This document shows, in pieces, positions 27,030-39,523 of a stretch of 64,000 nucleotides of DNA (positions within the stretch are counted from its first letter, which is position 1; each line of letters starts with the position of its first letter). Source of the DNA: Callorhinchus milii (taxonomy: Eukaryota); NCBI RefSeq assembly GCF_018977255.1, contig NW_024704743.1:98706001-98770000 (forward strand), given 5' to 3'. The notes below the pieces were generated by a model. It ran no database searches. It had not been told where the DNA came from and saw only the letters and a list, made by a program, of their open reading frames with translations. The position numbers and the translations under genes were made by a program.

Positions 27030-28702
27030 TACAACAACAAGATTGCATTTATAGAGTGCCTTTCACGTCGGGAGGACGTCCCAAGGCGCTGGACAGTTGG
27101 GTCAGGACCCAAGCAGGGGGGAAATGGTCAGGGTGAGGGGAGGGAAGGGAGGGAGCAAGGAGGGGGTAGAGAGTCGAGAGGGGAGGTGAAGGCGTGGTTG
27201 AAGAGAAAGGTCTTGATACCGGCCTTGAAGGAGGAAAGGGAGGAAGTAAGGTGAAGGCACTGGGGGATGGAGTTCCAGATCCTAGGGACTGAGAGGCTGA
27301 AAGCCTGGCCACCGATGGTAGGGCGGGGGGTGTGGAGCAGACCGGAGCCAGAGGAACGGAGGCTATGGGCAGGTAAGTAGGGGGATAGTAGGTCAGAGAG
27401 GTAGGAGGGTGCAAGGCCGTGAATGGCCTTGTAGGTGAGGATGAGGATCTTGAATTCGATCCTCTGGGGGATGGGGAGCCAGTGGAGGCGAGCGAGGGTG
27501 GGAGTGATGTGGTCGCGAAGCCTGGTGCGGGACAGTACACGAGCTGCAGAGTTCTGAATGACCTGCAGCTTGTGGAGGGAGGTGCCGGGAAGGCCGACGA
27601 GGAGAGAGTTCCCATAGTCCAGCCTTGAGGTGATGAAGGCGTGGACCAGAGTTTCAGCAGCGTGAGGGGTGAGGTAGCGCCGTAGTCTGGCGATGTTTCG
27701 GAGGTGATGGAAGGCGGTGCCAGTTGTGGCGCAGATATGAGGAAGAAAGGACAGCTCAGGGTCGAACAGAACACCGAGGTTCCTGACTGGCTTTGAGAGG
27801 TGGAGAGTGCAGCCTTGGATGCTGATGCTGTCAGCGCCTGAGGTGCGGAGGCGCTGACGTGAGCCAATCAGGAGGGCCTCAGTTTTGTACACGTTGAGCT
27901 GAAGAAAGATGTCTCTCGTCCAGGACTCGATGTCAGACAGGCAGACTGTCAGGACATCTGTGGTAGAGGAGGAAAGGTAGAGTTGGGTGTCATCCGCATA
28001 CATGTGGAAGTTAACTCCATGTCTGCGGATGATGTCACCAAGGGGGAGCATATAGAGGGTGAAGAGGAGGGGACTGAGGACAGAGCCCTGAGGGACGACG
28101 CACGAGACAGTGCGGGGGCTGGAGGAAAAGCCGTTAGTGGAAACAAAATGAAGACGGTGGGAGAGATAGGACCTAAACCACTCAAGGACAGGGCCTTGAA
28201 GGTTGAGGTGGGAGGACAAGCGGTGGAGGAGGATAGAGTGGTCGACCATATCGAATGCAGCCGATAGGTCGAGGAGGATGAGGAGGCAGAGGGAGCCCTG
28301 GTCGCAGATGGTCAAGATGTCATTAGTGACCCTGACCAGGACGGTTTCCGTGCTATGGGCAGCACGGAAACCCGACTGGAGGGGTTAAAAAAGTGAATGG
28401 GTGGAGAGGAAAGAGCGCAGCTGGGAGGCAACGATTCTTTCGAGAACCTTGGACAGGAAGGGGAGTTTGGAGATGGGCCGGTAGCTTGATAGCTGAGACG
28501 CATCAAGGGAGGGTTTTTTCAGTGTGGGAGTGATGGTGGCAGTGTTGAGGGGAATGGGAACAGAGCCAAAGGAGAGGGACAGGTTAATGGTGTCTGTGAG
28601 AAGTGGGGCAAGGAGGTGGAGCTGGGAGATAAGGAGTGGGGATGGGGTCCAGGGAGCAGGTGGTGGGTTTCAAGGACAGGATGGTGACAGAGGGTGGGAA
28701 AC
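27030..28702 (-). mobile_element. L2-clade LINE, 5'-truncated, with 395-aa open RT/C-terminal ORF2 segment (27128-28315)
   Basis: [39 protein letters not shown] and LHWLP motifs; 3' tail GGGACGTCCTCCCGACGTGAAAGG followed by (TTG)n. Confidence 0.95.
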
Positions 28703-29899
28703 AGATTACATACAAATGTAATTTGCTGTTTTCTCTGACTGACTGATAACCCCCTAGCCATACAATAAAGTTGAACTGGATTTTCTTTAAATCAGATATT
28801 TCACTCGGGTTCAGTCCAATCAATCTTCACAGACACAAAGACAACTCCACAAACCCCATTTAAATGAGCAAAAAGCATAGTTTATTGTAGAATAAACAAG
28901 CATCAGAAATTCAAAACATTTAAATGAAATTAACAAGTATGCATGCAACACAGAAGTACAAATCAAGAATTTAGTAAACTTTTGTACCTTTCATAAAATT
29001 ATCCAAGTGTAGCTGGTAAATGCAATTCTGGATCCAGTGGAATATTCTTCTAGTATGAAGTGAGACCTGCTTTAGCTTTTTAACCTCTCTTTTTTGTCTA
29101 TTTATAACACAAAGTTAAGGTATATTTACTAAATAACCCACGACATGTAAAGCAAATAACTTGAAAACATATCTTATTCATCAAACTTATTCCAACTTCA
29201 AAGCTTTTTAACTGCACTGCACCATTTCAAAACATCAAACACAGACCCCCTTTTTAATTTAAGATTGTAAAATGAAGACCTGGAAATCCAATTAACACTT
29301 AAGTGCTAATGATATTTTGTTTACAATTCACACAACTGTGTCACCTCTGTGAGACTGATCAATTGAAACTGTTTTTATTCCAGATGATACACCCCTCTCC
29401 TATCAGCGAAACTGAAGAACCTGACAGTGACAGAAATAAATCCCTATTAGTGACTTGAATGACACCACTAGCTTGATGCACATCAATGAGCACTACCTCA
29501 ATTCATGCAATTCTCCTTTAACCACCACTTTAAAAAAACTTTATGAAAGCTCTAAAAGTATTGTTTTTGAAGAAAACATGATCGAGCCTAATACATATAT
29601 GGTATTAGCTGTTTTTAAAAAAGTGACCAAAATACTGGTTGGATGTAAATTCTACTTGTGAATACCATATTCAGTGCTTCTGAATACAGCGAACTCCTGA
29701 TAACTCGTCACTCACAGATGAGTTATCCGGAGTGGCAAATTAGGCACATGTATAAATGCAGCCAGGATAGTGACAACATAATGGCTTAAGTGGTAGTGCC
29801 AAGTTAAGCCAGGGTCGATTTATCAGGAATTTACTATAGTTAAAAAAATTCCTGAAGTGCATTTACATGCCAAAGAAATAAATTCCAACTACGAAATGG

Positions 29900-30642
29900 A
29901 GGAGGCAAAGAATATGCAGCAAGTCCACGTTTGCCAAGGGGGAGAAGCAAACAGGATAACAAGATTCAAATGTCGCAGCAGTAGGGAAGGTCAAGGCCAT
30001 TTGAGAATTTGTTGGCGACATGATGGAGGTAGGGGAGGCAAATCTTGAAGTCAATCCGCTGGAAGATGGAGAGTCCATGGTGCCTGGTAAGGACGAAAGT
30101 GATGGCATACAGTGTGATGGCCAAATTGTGGATGAGCTGAAGTTTGTGGATTGTAAAGTTTAAGTTGGTAGTGCCTAGTAAAGGCCCCGCTCTTACCCCG
30201 CAGCTCTGCAAAATTTTCCTTTTCAAGCACAAACCGATGAAAAGGGCATTGAAGAAATCAAGTGTTGAGATAAGGAAGGAATGGATATGGTTCTTAGCTG
30301 TATCAAGCACAAGGTAGGGTCATAGTTAGACGTGACAAAAATGAAAAGTGGTCTTGATATGTGATGTAAGAAAGGAAGGGGAGCCTAGGATCGGACAGAA
30401 CACCAAGGTTGCGCACTGGCTCAGTGAGCTGGAAATTACGGTAGAAAGCCTTGTTGAGATAATTGGAAGCAGGAGCATGCAGTCATTGGCAGGAGTCAAG
30501 TAGATGATTTTTCATTTAGCCAAGCATAAGCTAAAGGAAGTTGAGGCTCATTCAGAACTTGATATCTAATAGACAGTTGGTCAGAATATCAATGGACCTA
30601 GAATCAAAGGTGGAAGAGGAGGTAGATTTGAATGTCATCAGC
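29900..30642 (-). mobile_element. Old L2 fragment
   Basis: IHSFLISTLDFFNALFIG, IHKLQLIHN and QRIDFKI remnants; ends at the ADD-coding region (gaatgtcatcagc). Confidence 0.7.
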
Positions 30643-30647
30643 CTTCG

Positions 30648-31203
30648 TAGAATCTTACAACACAGAGGGAGACCATTCGGTCCATCGTACCTGCTCTTTG
30701 AAAGAGCTATCCAACTAGTCTCACTTCCCCGCTCTTACTGCCGCAGCTCTGCAAAATTTCTCTTTTCAAGCACATATCCAATTCCCTTTTGAAAGCTACT
30801 ATCAAATCTGCTTCCACACCTCTTTCAGGCAATGCATTCCAGATCATATCAACTTTCTTGGTAAAACAAATTCTCCTCGTCTCCCCTCTGGTTCTTTTGA
30901 CAATTAACTTCAATCTGTGTCCTCTGGTTACCAATGCACCAGCCAGAGGAACAGTTCCTCCCTATTTAGCCTATCAAAACGTTTCATAATTTTGAACACC
31001 TCTATTAATTCTACTCTTAACCATCTCTGCTCTTAAGAGAACAATCCCAGCCTCTCTAGTCTCTCCATATAATTGAAGTCCCTCACCCCTGGTACCATTC
31101 TGGTAAATCTCCTTTGTACCCTCTCCAGGGTTCTGACATCCTTCCTAAAGTGTGGTTCCCAGCATTGGACAAAACTCCAGCTGAGGCCTAACCAGCAATT
31201 TAT
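30648..31203 (-). mobile_element. CR1 3' fragment
   Basis: TRGHRLKLIVKRTRGETRRICFTKKVDMIWNALPE; similar to 22988-23360 and 54833-55052. Confidence 0.88.
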
Positions 31204-34021
31204 TAATGTGAAAACATACTCCCAGGTTTGTGGTTAACGTCACCACAGGAGCATCTAGATGAAAAAAAATCTCTAGTTGCCCAGTTTTCACCAAACAAAG
31301 CCATCGGCAATTGGTTGCCACATTTTGCCCACAAATATACAGTCAATTCACTTTACAGTCTATTCTGTGAGGCGCTTTAAGACATCTAGAAGACGTGAAA
31401 AGCACTATATCAAATGCAAGGATCATTATTACTGGTATTTTTCTGTAAACATGAATATCTAGATTGATTAGTTGCCGTAAAAATCAGTATAAAAGTAAAA
31501 TGTGAAATTGGAACAATACATTAATGCACCATGATGTAACATATTTTCTGTCTAAATTCTCAAAGCTAAACTTTAGTAATCTATGTAGCATTCTTATAAG
31601 AACAACTTGCATTTATATAACCCGCCTTCATGCCGAGCAACAACTTGGAGCGCTTAGAATATAATATAGCAATGGAAAATTGCAGATTGCTTTTAACTCA
31701 TTTTAAAGATGTTTAAATCAAAACTACTGCACATTGAGATCAAAAATATTCATCTGAGATGGGCACAAAATAATTACTCCAAAATAAGATTTTAGTTGCA
31801 TTTGGGACCATTTAATTGCTGTAATCTGACAAAACCCAATTGTAGTTTTTATTATGAGAAGATTGCGCACCAGATTTCTTACAAAGATACTGACTCAGAC
31901 AGCTACAATTTGGTACCACTCAGTTTTCAATATCATACACATTAAAAATATGAATAAATTTACCTCATCCTCACAAATCAAAATAAGTTCTTAGAAATGT
32001 ATATATTATTATCAACCAGAATTTCTGGGTACTCAGTTACGCAATAGACAAACCACAGTTTAATGGCAAATGAAAAGTTCGAAAATAAATGAAAAATACT
32101 TTTAAGACTTGAAAACGCACGGATTTCCATGTGGAAGTGACGCGTGTGGAACTCAGTCTGGCTTGGATACTCTTAGGCATAGTGGCTGACCAAACAAAAG
32201 CAACTGGTATTCACTTTGCTGATCATACTAAGTGTCGCTTATTAATGACATCATCTAAAATATCCAGTAACAAATTATTTTTATCTTATTGTGCAGATCA
32301 TTTAGCAAATTTAAACATCATGTTAACATTTTAATTCTCTTTTCCTCCTCTTTCCATAATACTTTCCAGTCAGCCTCTCATTACAATGCATCAATCATTG
32401 GGAAGCACAGAATAAGCACTCAACAAATACTGTATGGATAAGGTAGCAGGGTTTAAGCAGGGTTCATCAATTTCAACTTCTACCAAGATGCAATAGATCA
32501 CCTTAGTGCAATACTCAGTTTAATGACATAGCAATGAAACTTCTTGATTAAATACTTTGCTGTGCTGGAGCAGACTCGAAGGCAGAAAGACAACAAGCAG
32601 AAGCTCCAACCAACAGCTATCCACTTCTTCTCAGCTGGGTATTGATGATATTGAAGTCTGCAGTAGACTATCAGAGACTAACTAGTTGCAGGGAATACCT
32701 GTAGTGTGGCAGAGAACACGAGCAAGTGGATAGGGAAGGCTCATTTCAGTTTTAGAACTACACTAAACTGGGTTTCAGCTATAAAATAACATAAATCCAT
32801 ATTTGTCACCTAGACTGAAGCCAAATAGTTTTTTTTTAAAAAAACTCTAATCAGTCACTTGAGTTCATATAACCAAGCAACATAAAACAGATGTTATAAC
32901 GTTCTTGGAGGGCATAGTTAACCTTAAAGCAATGATGCCTGACCCCTTTTCCTAGTATAACCAACAAGCTAGAATTACTGCATCAATAATAGCATTAATG
33001 CTCAATGGCACACAGGAGGCCTTAGCCTCTTAATACAACATAATTTGATTTATTTGATTAGATAATTGTGAACAGGTAACTTAAAAAAAGCCAACCAGGT
33101 TGAATCATTCATAAATCTGTATCAATGTGAGCTCTGATTTTCTACAACAAGTATATAAAGTGCTCTTTCTGGGTCATTCAGTTTACCCATCTTTAATGTC
33201 ACCATTGACATGTCCTTTCAAAATGGTTTGTTTCTGATTATTCTTTCCTAAGCAGGCCTTTAATGCAGAATAAAGAGTTTAATAGCTGTTTCATTGAAGG
33301 AACAATTAAAAGACAACAGGTGGCAGGACTTCAAATTTGTGGTTACTTAAAACATTAAGATTTTATTTAAATTTGTTTGGAACTCGTGGACTCACAATTC
33401 AAATTAAACGGCACATTAATAAGCTGTAATCACACATTTAAAACTTTTTTTCAACTACTTGTTTACTTGTGGGAGTAGCATATGTGCTCGAGAAAAAAAN
33501 GGAGAAAATCTGCAGGTTCTACTCTCAGGAAGGAAATATTGTGATGGAATGGCTAAATTGCAAAGATTACAATAATTATTTATAGATGACTCTTGAAAGT
33601 ATACCAACATTAAAACTTTCATTCCCCCCCACTCCACCCATTGGACTTGTGTTGTTATACTATACAGAGTACACTGAAAAATAAGACAGTAAAACATTTT
33701 GAACCATTATCTACAATTAGAAATCACTGCACTTTATCAAACTGTGCTAATGACATATCGAACGGCATCAACATATATGACAGAAGGAAACATGCATGCC
33801 ATATTTCAAACAGTCAAATTACAGTTATAGATTTTACAATACGTTGTGCTGATCTATTTTGAGATGCATAAACTGTTCAGCACCTTCAACTTTTCTGCAT
33901 GCAATCAATTGTATGCAAATACATATTACTGTATTAGCAAGCAGAGAACAAAACAAACTAGGGGTTATAACTGTTAAAAGCATTCAACCTAAGTTATTAT
34001 TGAAGCAGAGAGGTACAGTAC

Positions 34022-34048
34022 CTGGATCAATGAGAACCTCCTGTGCCC
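34022..34048 (-). CDS. TRAPPC9: TRAPPC9 exon 5, 27-nt microexon
   Basis: ttctag|GG GCA CAG GAG GTT CTC ATT GAT CCA G|gtactg = (G)AQEVLIDP(G), the peptide found at this position in human TRAPPC9; phase 1 on both sides. Confidence 0.93.
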
Positions 34049-36689
34049 CTAGAAGTAGGAACAAATAATGCTCTTTCATTCCCTTTGCACTCAGGCAACA
34101 CAAAAAAAAATCAGCATTCTATGTTATTTAACCCCTTTAATATATTGACAACTGCATGAGATTCTCCTCTTGAAAGTAAACTATACATTTTACAAATGAT
34201 AGATTCCCCAAGTTTAAATTAAAATGCAGTTGTAATTCAAAAGTCACAGCCAAACATTAACTTTATTCATGTTAAAAAGTAAGTTATTGAATAATACAAT
34301 TCCAAAATGAAGAAATGTTCCAGTTTGCTTATCTATATGAAGTATAATAACACAAACTATGCAAAGAGTCATATTGTGCTGAATGTGAAAATAAAATACA
34401 ACTGAGGATAAACTGTATACAATGTCCATTCAGCTTTGGCAACGAGGCCTGAAATGAAGTAGGTCTGACTGGATGAAAACCTTCTCCAACTCTAATATTG
34501 GAAGCATACAAGCAAAATTAGCCTGGAGGCAATATTAGTTTAACACAAATAGTTAGAGCCTATAGCCAAACTCACGAAAAAAAATTAATCGGATTCCACA
34601 TTTGCCTACATATGAATCGCTTACACTTTAGAGTAACTCGTTTTTTGAAGCTCTTAGTTTTATTTCAATGTGATAACATGCTGAATCAAATGTTTCAGAT
34701 TCGCTGTCTAAATACTCAAAAGACCCTCAAAATATATAGTCAACCACTTCAGAGTAATTCTGTGAAGAGTTTTGATACATCTCAACAACATGAAAAGTAC
34801 TACATTAAATGCAAGGATTATTTTATTATTAGAAGATTAAGTAATCTATGTAGCGTTCTTATAGATTATTAGGTTTCATTATCTGTTCTATCACATAACA
34901 GTAAACCACAGATTACTTTTCACTCATCTAAATTTTATGAAATTATAACTCCATCCCTGGAGGACATGATTCATTGCATAATTTCTCTAAGTTCAGTTCA
35001 GGATAAATTTGTACTAAAATCAACATTCTTACTCAGAGGGACCATAAAGGATGCCTAGTGAGAAAGTGGGAAAGTTCATATTCATTTTAGATGTTTTTCT
35101 CAGGTTGGGGTTGAGGCAGGGTGAACTAAGGAAAATAGAAACACAAGGAGGCCAGCCACCCTGGTGCATTTCAAACTATACTAATTTTAATTCAAAAACT
35201 GTTGGTTTGCCAAGTGAACAGAAATTCCAGAAAGATTTTTTAAAAAAATTTTCAAGACTTTTTTCCCCATTCAGAATGCTGACATATCACAAAGAAAATT
35301 ATTGAGAGATGTTTTAAGCAAGCCTATTTCACATATCCATTCATCATTGGGGGTGGCAGGGGGAGGGGGGTCAGATCTCTGGTTGGCTTTTTAATTTTTA
35401 AAGTGCTCTCTGCTTCTGAACTCTAAGTTCACGTCTTATATCCTTCTTGAAGACAGGTATCACCCCCTCCCCAAAAATTCTTAATAATGAAAATAAGTCC
35501 TGCTCCACAAGCCTCTCCTTGGAACTTAAAACTCCAAGTACGATAATTTTTTCCATTGATTTTCTCTGAACCCTCTCCAAAGCTTTCAATGTAAAGCAGT
35601 GTCCAAACTGCATACAATATAATAAAATAGAGCCTCATCATGACCTACTTAAGATTAAGTGATAAATATCCTTTAGACGCAGATTATGCGATTAGTTTGT
35701 ACACAGCAGCTTAACATAGGGTTCAAAACCTTCAAAGTATGACCAATAATCATCCCCAAATCTTTTGTTCCACACAATGAACATCCTTTCATTTTCACAT
35801 ATTTACCACTTCTTACTGCAATATACGTTAATTTGCATTATACTTTCAGTTTTGCTACTCCTTGACCCATCAAATTGATCGTCTTAGATATTTCTGAAAG
35901 CTATTTATTCTCATGCTATTACTTGCCTACTTAATTTAGCATCACTTAACAACAGAGGACCAGAACAGATACAGAACTGTTAACTCACCATCCTTTTCTC
36001 CACTTTCCTTTTTCTCCTTGCCCTGTAAGTTTTCCCATTTATCAACACCATCCACATTATTACTTTAAGCGCTCAGAGATGTGATCCTACATGAAATGTG
36101 CTATATATCCAACTGTTTGGGGTTTTCTTCACACGAGCACCAAAACCATCCTTCAGATCATCAGCATCTTTCCCTACCACAAATATTAAAGACACTAGGT
36201 GGGACAAAATAGGTCTCTACCAACTGACCTAAATATGTCTGAGACACAGATTCACCAAAAAATCTCGAAAGGCTTTAAGCAAGAAAAAAAATTCACTTCA
36301 CCACATCAAATTCATGTTAAGTATTTAAAAAAAACACAAAAGATAACAATGAAAAAGAAAATGGTTCACTGTGGATTTGACCTTAAGATGGTCAACTCAG
36401 CACCTGAATGATGGTTTTCTAGATTCTTAGTAAAAACACCTCAGTTGTGCTGCAGTAGCTAAAAAAAACAAATGTCTCTGCAACCAAATCTTCCTTTCAC
36501 CCTCCTTTGACTGGCACTTTACTGAAAGAGCAGAAAGTTCTGGGGAATAGACAAGGTGGTAGAAGAGAAGTATTTTCTATTCAAAGTACTCCCCCATTGT
36601 ACATCTGAAAAATAAATATGGCAAAATTTATGATCGATCAAAATATTCACATTTTGTGCCTAATGAAGACTAGTATGGCAACTTACAAG

Positions 36690-38170
36690 AATGCCCTTCG
36701 GCCCATCTGATCTCATCTTTCCATAATCCCCACTGTTTTCATATCACAACATCAAACTGCTTTTTAAACAAACGCAGTGTCCTGGCCTCAACTACCTTTC
36801 GTGACGACTTGTTCCAATTGTCAAATACCCTCCAGGTAAACACACATTTAGTGAAATTGCGCTTTACCATAACCTTGTATCTTGTTCTGCTGTCTCAAGT
36901 GTTTCTAAATGTTAAATCAAAATTTTAAATTCATTCTGTTTTTATTTTCTCAATTCCATTTAAAATCTTATATACTATTGATAGTCCCCTCTGGAGAGAT
37001 CTCCTTTCAAGATTGAAGAGCCCCAGCTTGTCTAATTGTTTTCAAAGCTCATTCCTTTAAACACTGGGAATCATCTTCATTGCTCTCCCTGCCACAAAGG
37101 CCTGGACAACCTCCTTATGTTGCATGGAGCATAATTGCATGTTGTACTCTATTTGCTGCCTAACCAGAGCACTATATAGATGCCTGGGGATCTGAACTCA
37201 ATCAATTTGGCAATATATCCCAGCTACCCGTTTGTCTTGTTTATTGCAGCGTATACTGTTTTGACAAGGCAAGTGATGAGTCAACCAACACCCCCAGATC
37301 TCTTTCAGCTTCCCCTCAGCAACAACAAATTATATTTGTATAGCGCCTTACACATTGGGAGGACATCCCAAGGCACTTGACAGTCAGGGATTTGCACACG
37401 AGCATGTGGTTGGATTCAGGAGGGGTGGAGGGCAGGGAGAGCAGGGGTAGGAGGGTGACCAAAGGCGCAGTCAAAGAGGAGGATCTTGAGGCATGCCTTG
37501 AAAGAGGCAAGGGAGAGAGCAAGGCAAAGGGACTGTGAGATGGAGTTCCAAGGGTGGGAGCAGAAAGGCTGAAGGTCCCGACCGCCGACAGTGGTGTGGG
37601 CCGGGTGGAGGATCTGAATCAAGCCAGAGCCTGCTGAGTAGAGGGAGTGGACAGGCTGATATGGGGTTAGCAGGTCACAGAGCAAGGAGCAAAGCCATAA
37701 AGGCCTTGAGGGCGAGGATGTTGAATTCTATCCTCTGGGGGATGGGGAGCCAGTGGAGCCAGGTGAGGGTGGGGTGATAGGGTCTTGGAGCTTGGTGCAG
37801 GAGAGGACACGAGCTGCAGAGTTCTGGCTGATCTGCAGTTTGTGGAGGGAAGAGTTGGGAATTCCGACAAGCAGGGAGTTGGCATAGTCGAGCCTAAAGG
37901 AAAGGCAGTGATGGTGCCGGGCGATGTTGCAGAGGCATGCGCAGGCAGAGTGGGTCATGGCATGTGAATATCCTGTTCAACTCCTTTTGTAAGACCTTTG
38001 CTGCCCCCCGCTGATTCCACAATACCCTCTCAACTTGGTGTCACCTACAAATGTAACTACCTTGCATTGTATATGCAAATGCAGATCATTAATGTATAGA
38101 AGTAATGGGAGTCCCAGGACAAATCCCTGGGGCACCCTACTTGATACTTTCCCATATTTTGACCTAGCTC
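36690..38170 (-). mobile_element. Old CR1 split by an L2 insertion
   Basis: CR1 3' region 36690-37317 and VPQG/ADD region ~37965-38170; related to the fragment at ~12300-12720. Confidence 0.7.
37318..37963 (-). mobile_element. L2 3' fragment inserted into an older CR1
   Basis: RLDYANSLLVGIPNSSLHKLQ; tail at 37318; CR1 sequence on both sides. Confidence 0.9.
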
Positions 38171-39192
38171 ACCTAACAACCACCATACATTGAATGGAGA
38201 CGTCTCCAACATACTTGAGCTTCTTACTTATTTTTAATGGGAATATGTACTGGCCTGAGAGTTTATCTGAAGTTCTCCCAGCGCAGATAAAAGAAAACAA
38301 CCACAGTATAATCCAGCCAGTACTAAGTTATTCCAAGATTGGGCGGCTTCACATGGGCTTCCATAACTGTGCAATGGAAAGTACTGACTATCATTGAGCA
38401 CTTCTGACACACAAGATTATATTTAAGTTGGCCACTTGTAAATCTATTTCATGTTTAATTACTTTTTTTTGCTATTCTAATCACTTTGGCCACTATGAAG
38501 TGTTTAATCAAGCAAAAATCCATTTGGTTGAGCTGAATGAGTTTTAAGAGTATTATAGCAAAATCTTTTCTTCAGTTAAAAAAGCATGTCAGGATAAGAA
38601 AATATCCCTATGCATTGTAATGACCATTGAGGACTGCTTTTCAAAGAATCTAACATAATTGTTAAGAAACACCAATTAGCACACAGCTTAGGTAAGGAGA
38701 TGTCTGTTTGACGTGCATCAAACTTAAACAATGGAAAGAATTACAAGCCAAATTAGTCCGGATACTATTTGCCAAAATGTTTGATTTCACACATTAGCAT
38801 ATTAAAATATAAAACACAAGAATGAAATTTGAATACAGTAGCTAACAAATCAGAAAAAATCAGACTAGGTACAACTAATAAAAATGAACTAAACTGTCTG
38901 AACAGCAATGTGCACAGCATCCCAAATAAAACAGGAGAACTGGAGGCAATAATTCGAGGAACCAGATACCGTAGGGATTACTGAAACATGGCTACAGAAA
39001 GAACAGGCATTTAAACATTGCAGGGTATAACATATTTCGAAAGGATAGAGACAGGAAAAAGGGTGGTGGAATATCTGTACTTATTAGGGCTAACATCATG
39101 GCAATATAAAAAGAAGGGACATAGCCATCAGTAAGATAGAAACAGAATCTGTGTGGATAGAGATAAACGATAAGAAGGGATCAATCACACAA

Positions 39193-39510
39193 ATAATAAT
39201 AATAATAATCCTTGCATTTGATGTAGCACTTTTCACGTCGGGAGGACGTCCCTAAGCGCTTCACAGAACACACTGTAAAGTGAATCGACTTTATATTTGT
39301 GGGCGAACGCGGCAGCCAATTGCGTACAGCAATGTCCCACAAACAGTCGTAGATTGAAAATGACCAATTTATTATTGTTTTTGGTTTTGGAGGGATTATT
39401 ATTAGGCGTGTGGAGTAAGGAAACTTGCCCAAGGTTTCGCCCTGCCTGGAATTGAACTCGGGTCTCTCGCTTGCAAGGCGAGTGCTCTAACCACTGAGCT
39501 ACAGGACTCC
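39193..39510 (-). mobile_element. tRNA-derived SINE, short form with L2-identical tail
   Basis: Near-identical to 50570-50882; the ORF track shows near-identical 83/82-aa translations. Confidence 0.93.
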
Positions 39511-39523
39511 TTTAGCTACAAAG

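Noticed and set aside
27049..27867. Ser/Pro-rich ORFs (272 aa here; also 5115-5630 and 24989-25597)
   Set aside because: Alternative frames of L2 ORF2.
39181..39432. Repeated small 'protein family' MGKFPYSTRLIIIPPK... / [14 protein letters not shown] (also 50556, 63729, 56869, 31277)
   Set aside because: Chance translation of SINE copies with non-ATG starts and variable frameshifts.
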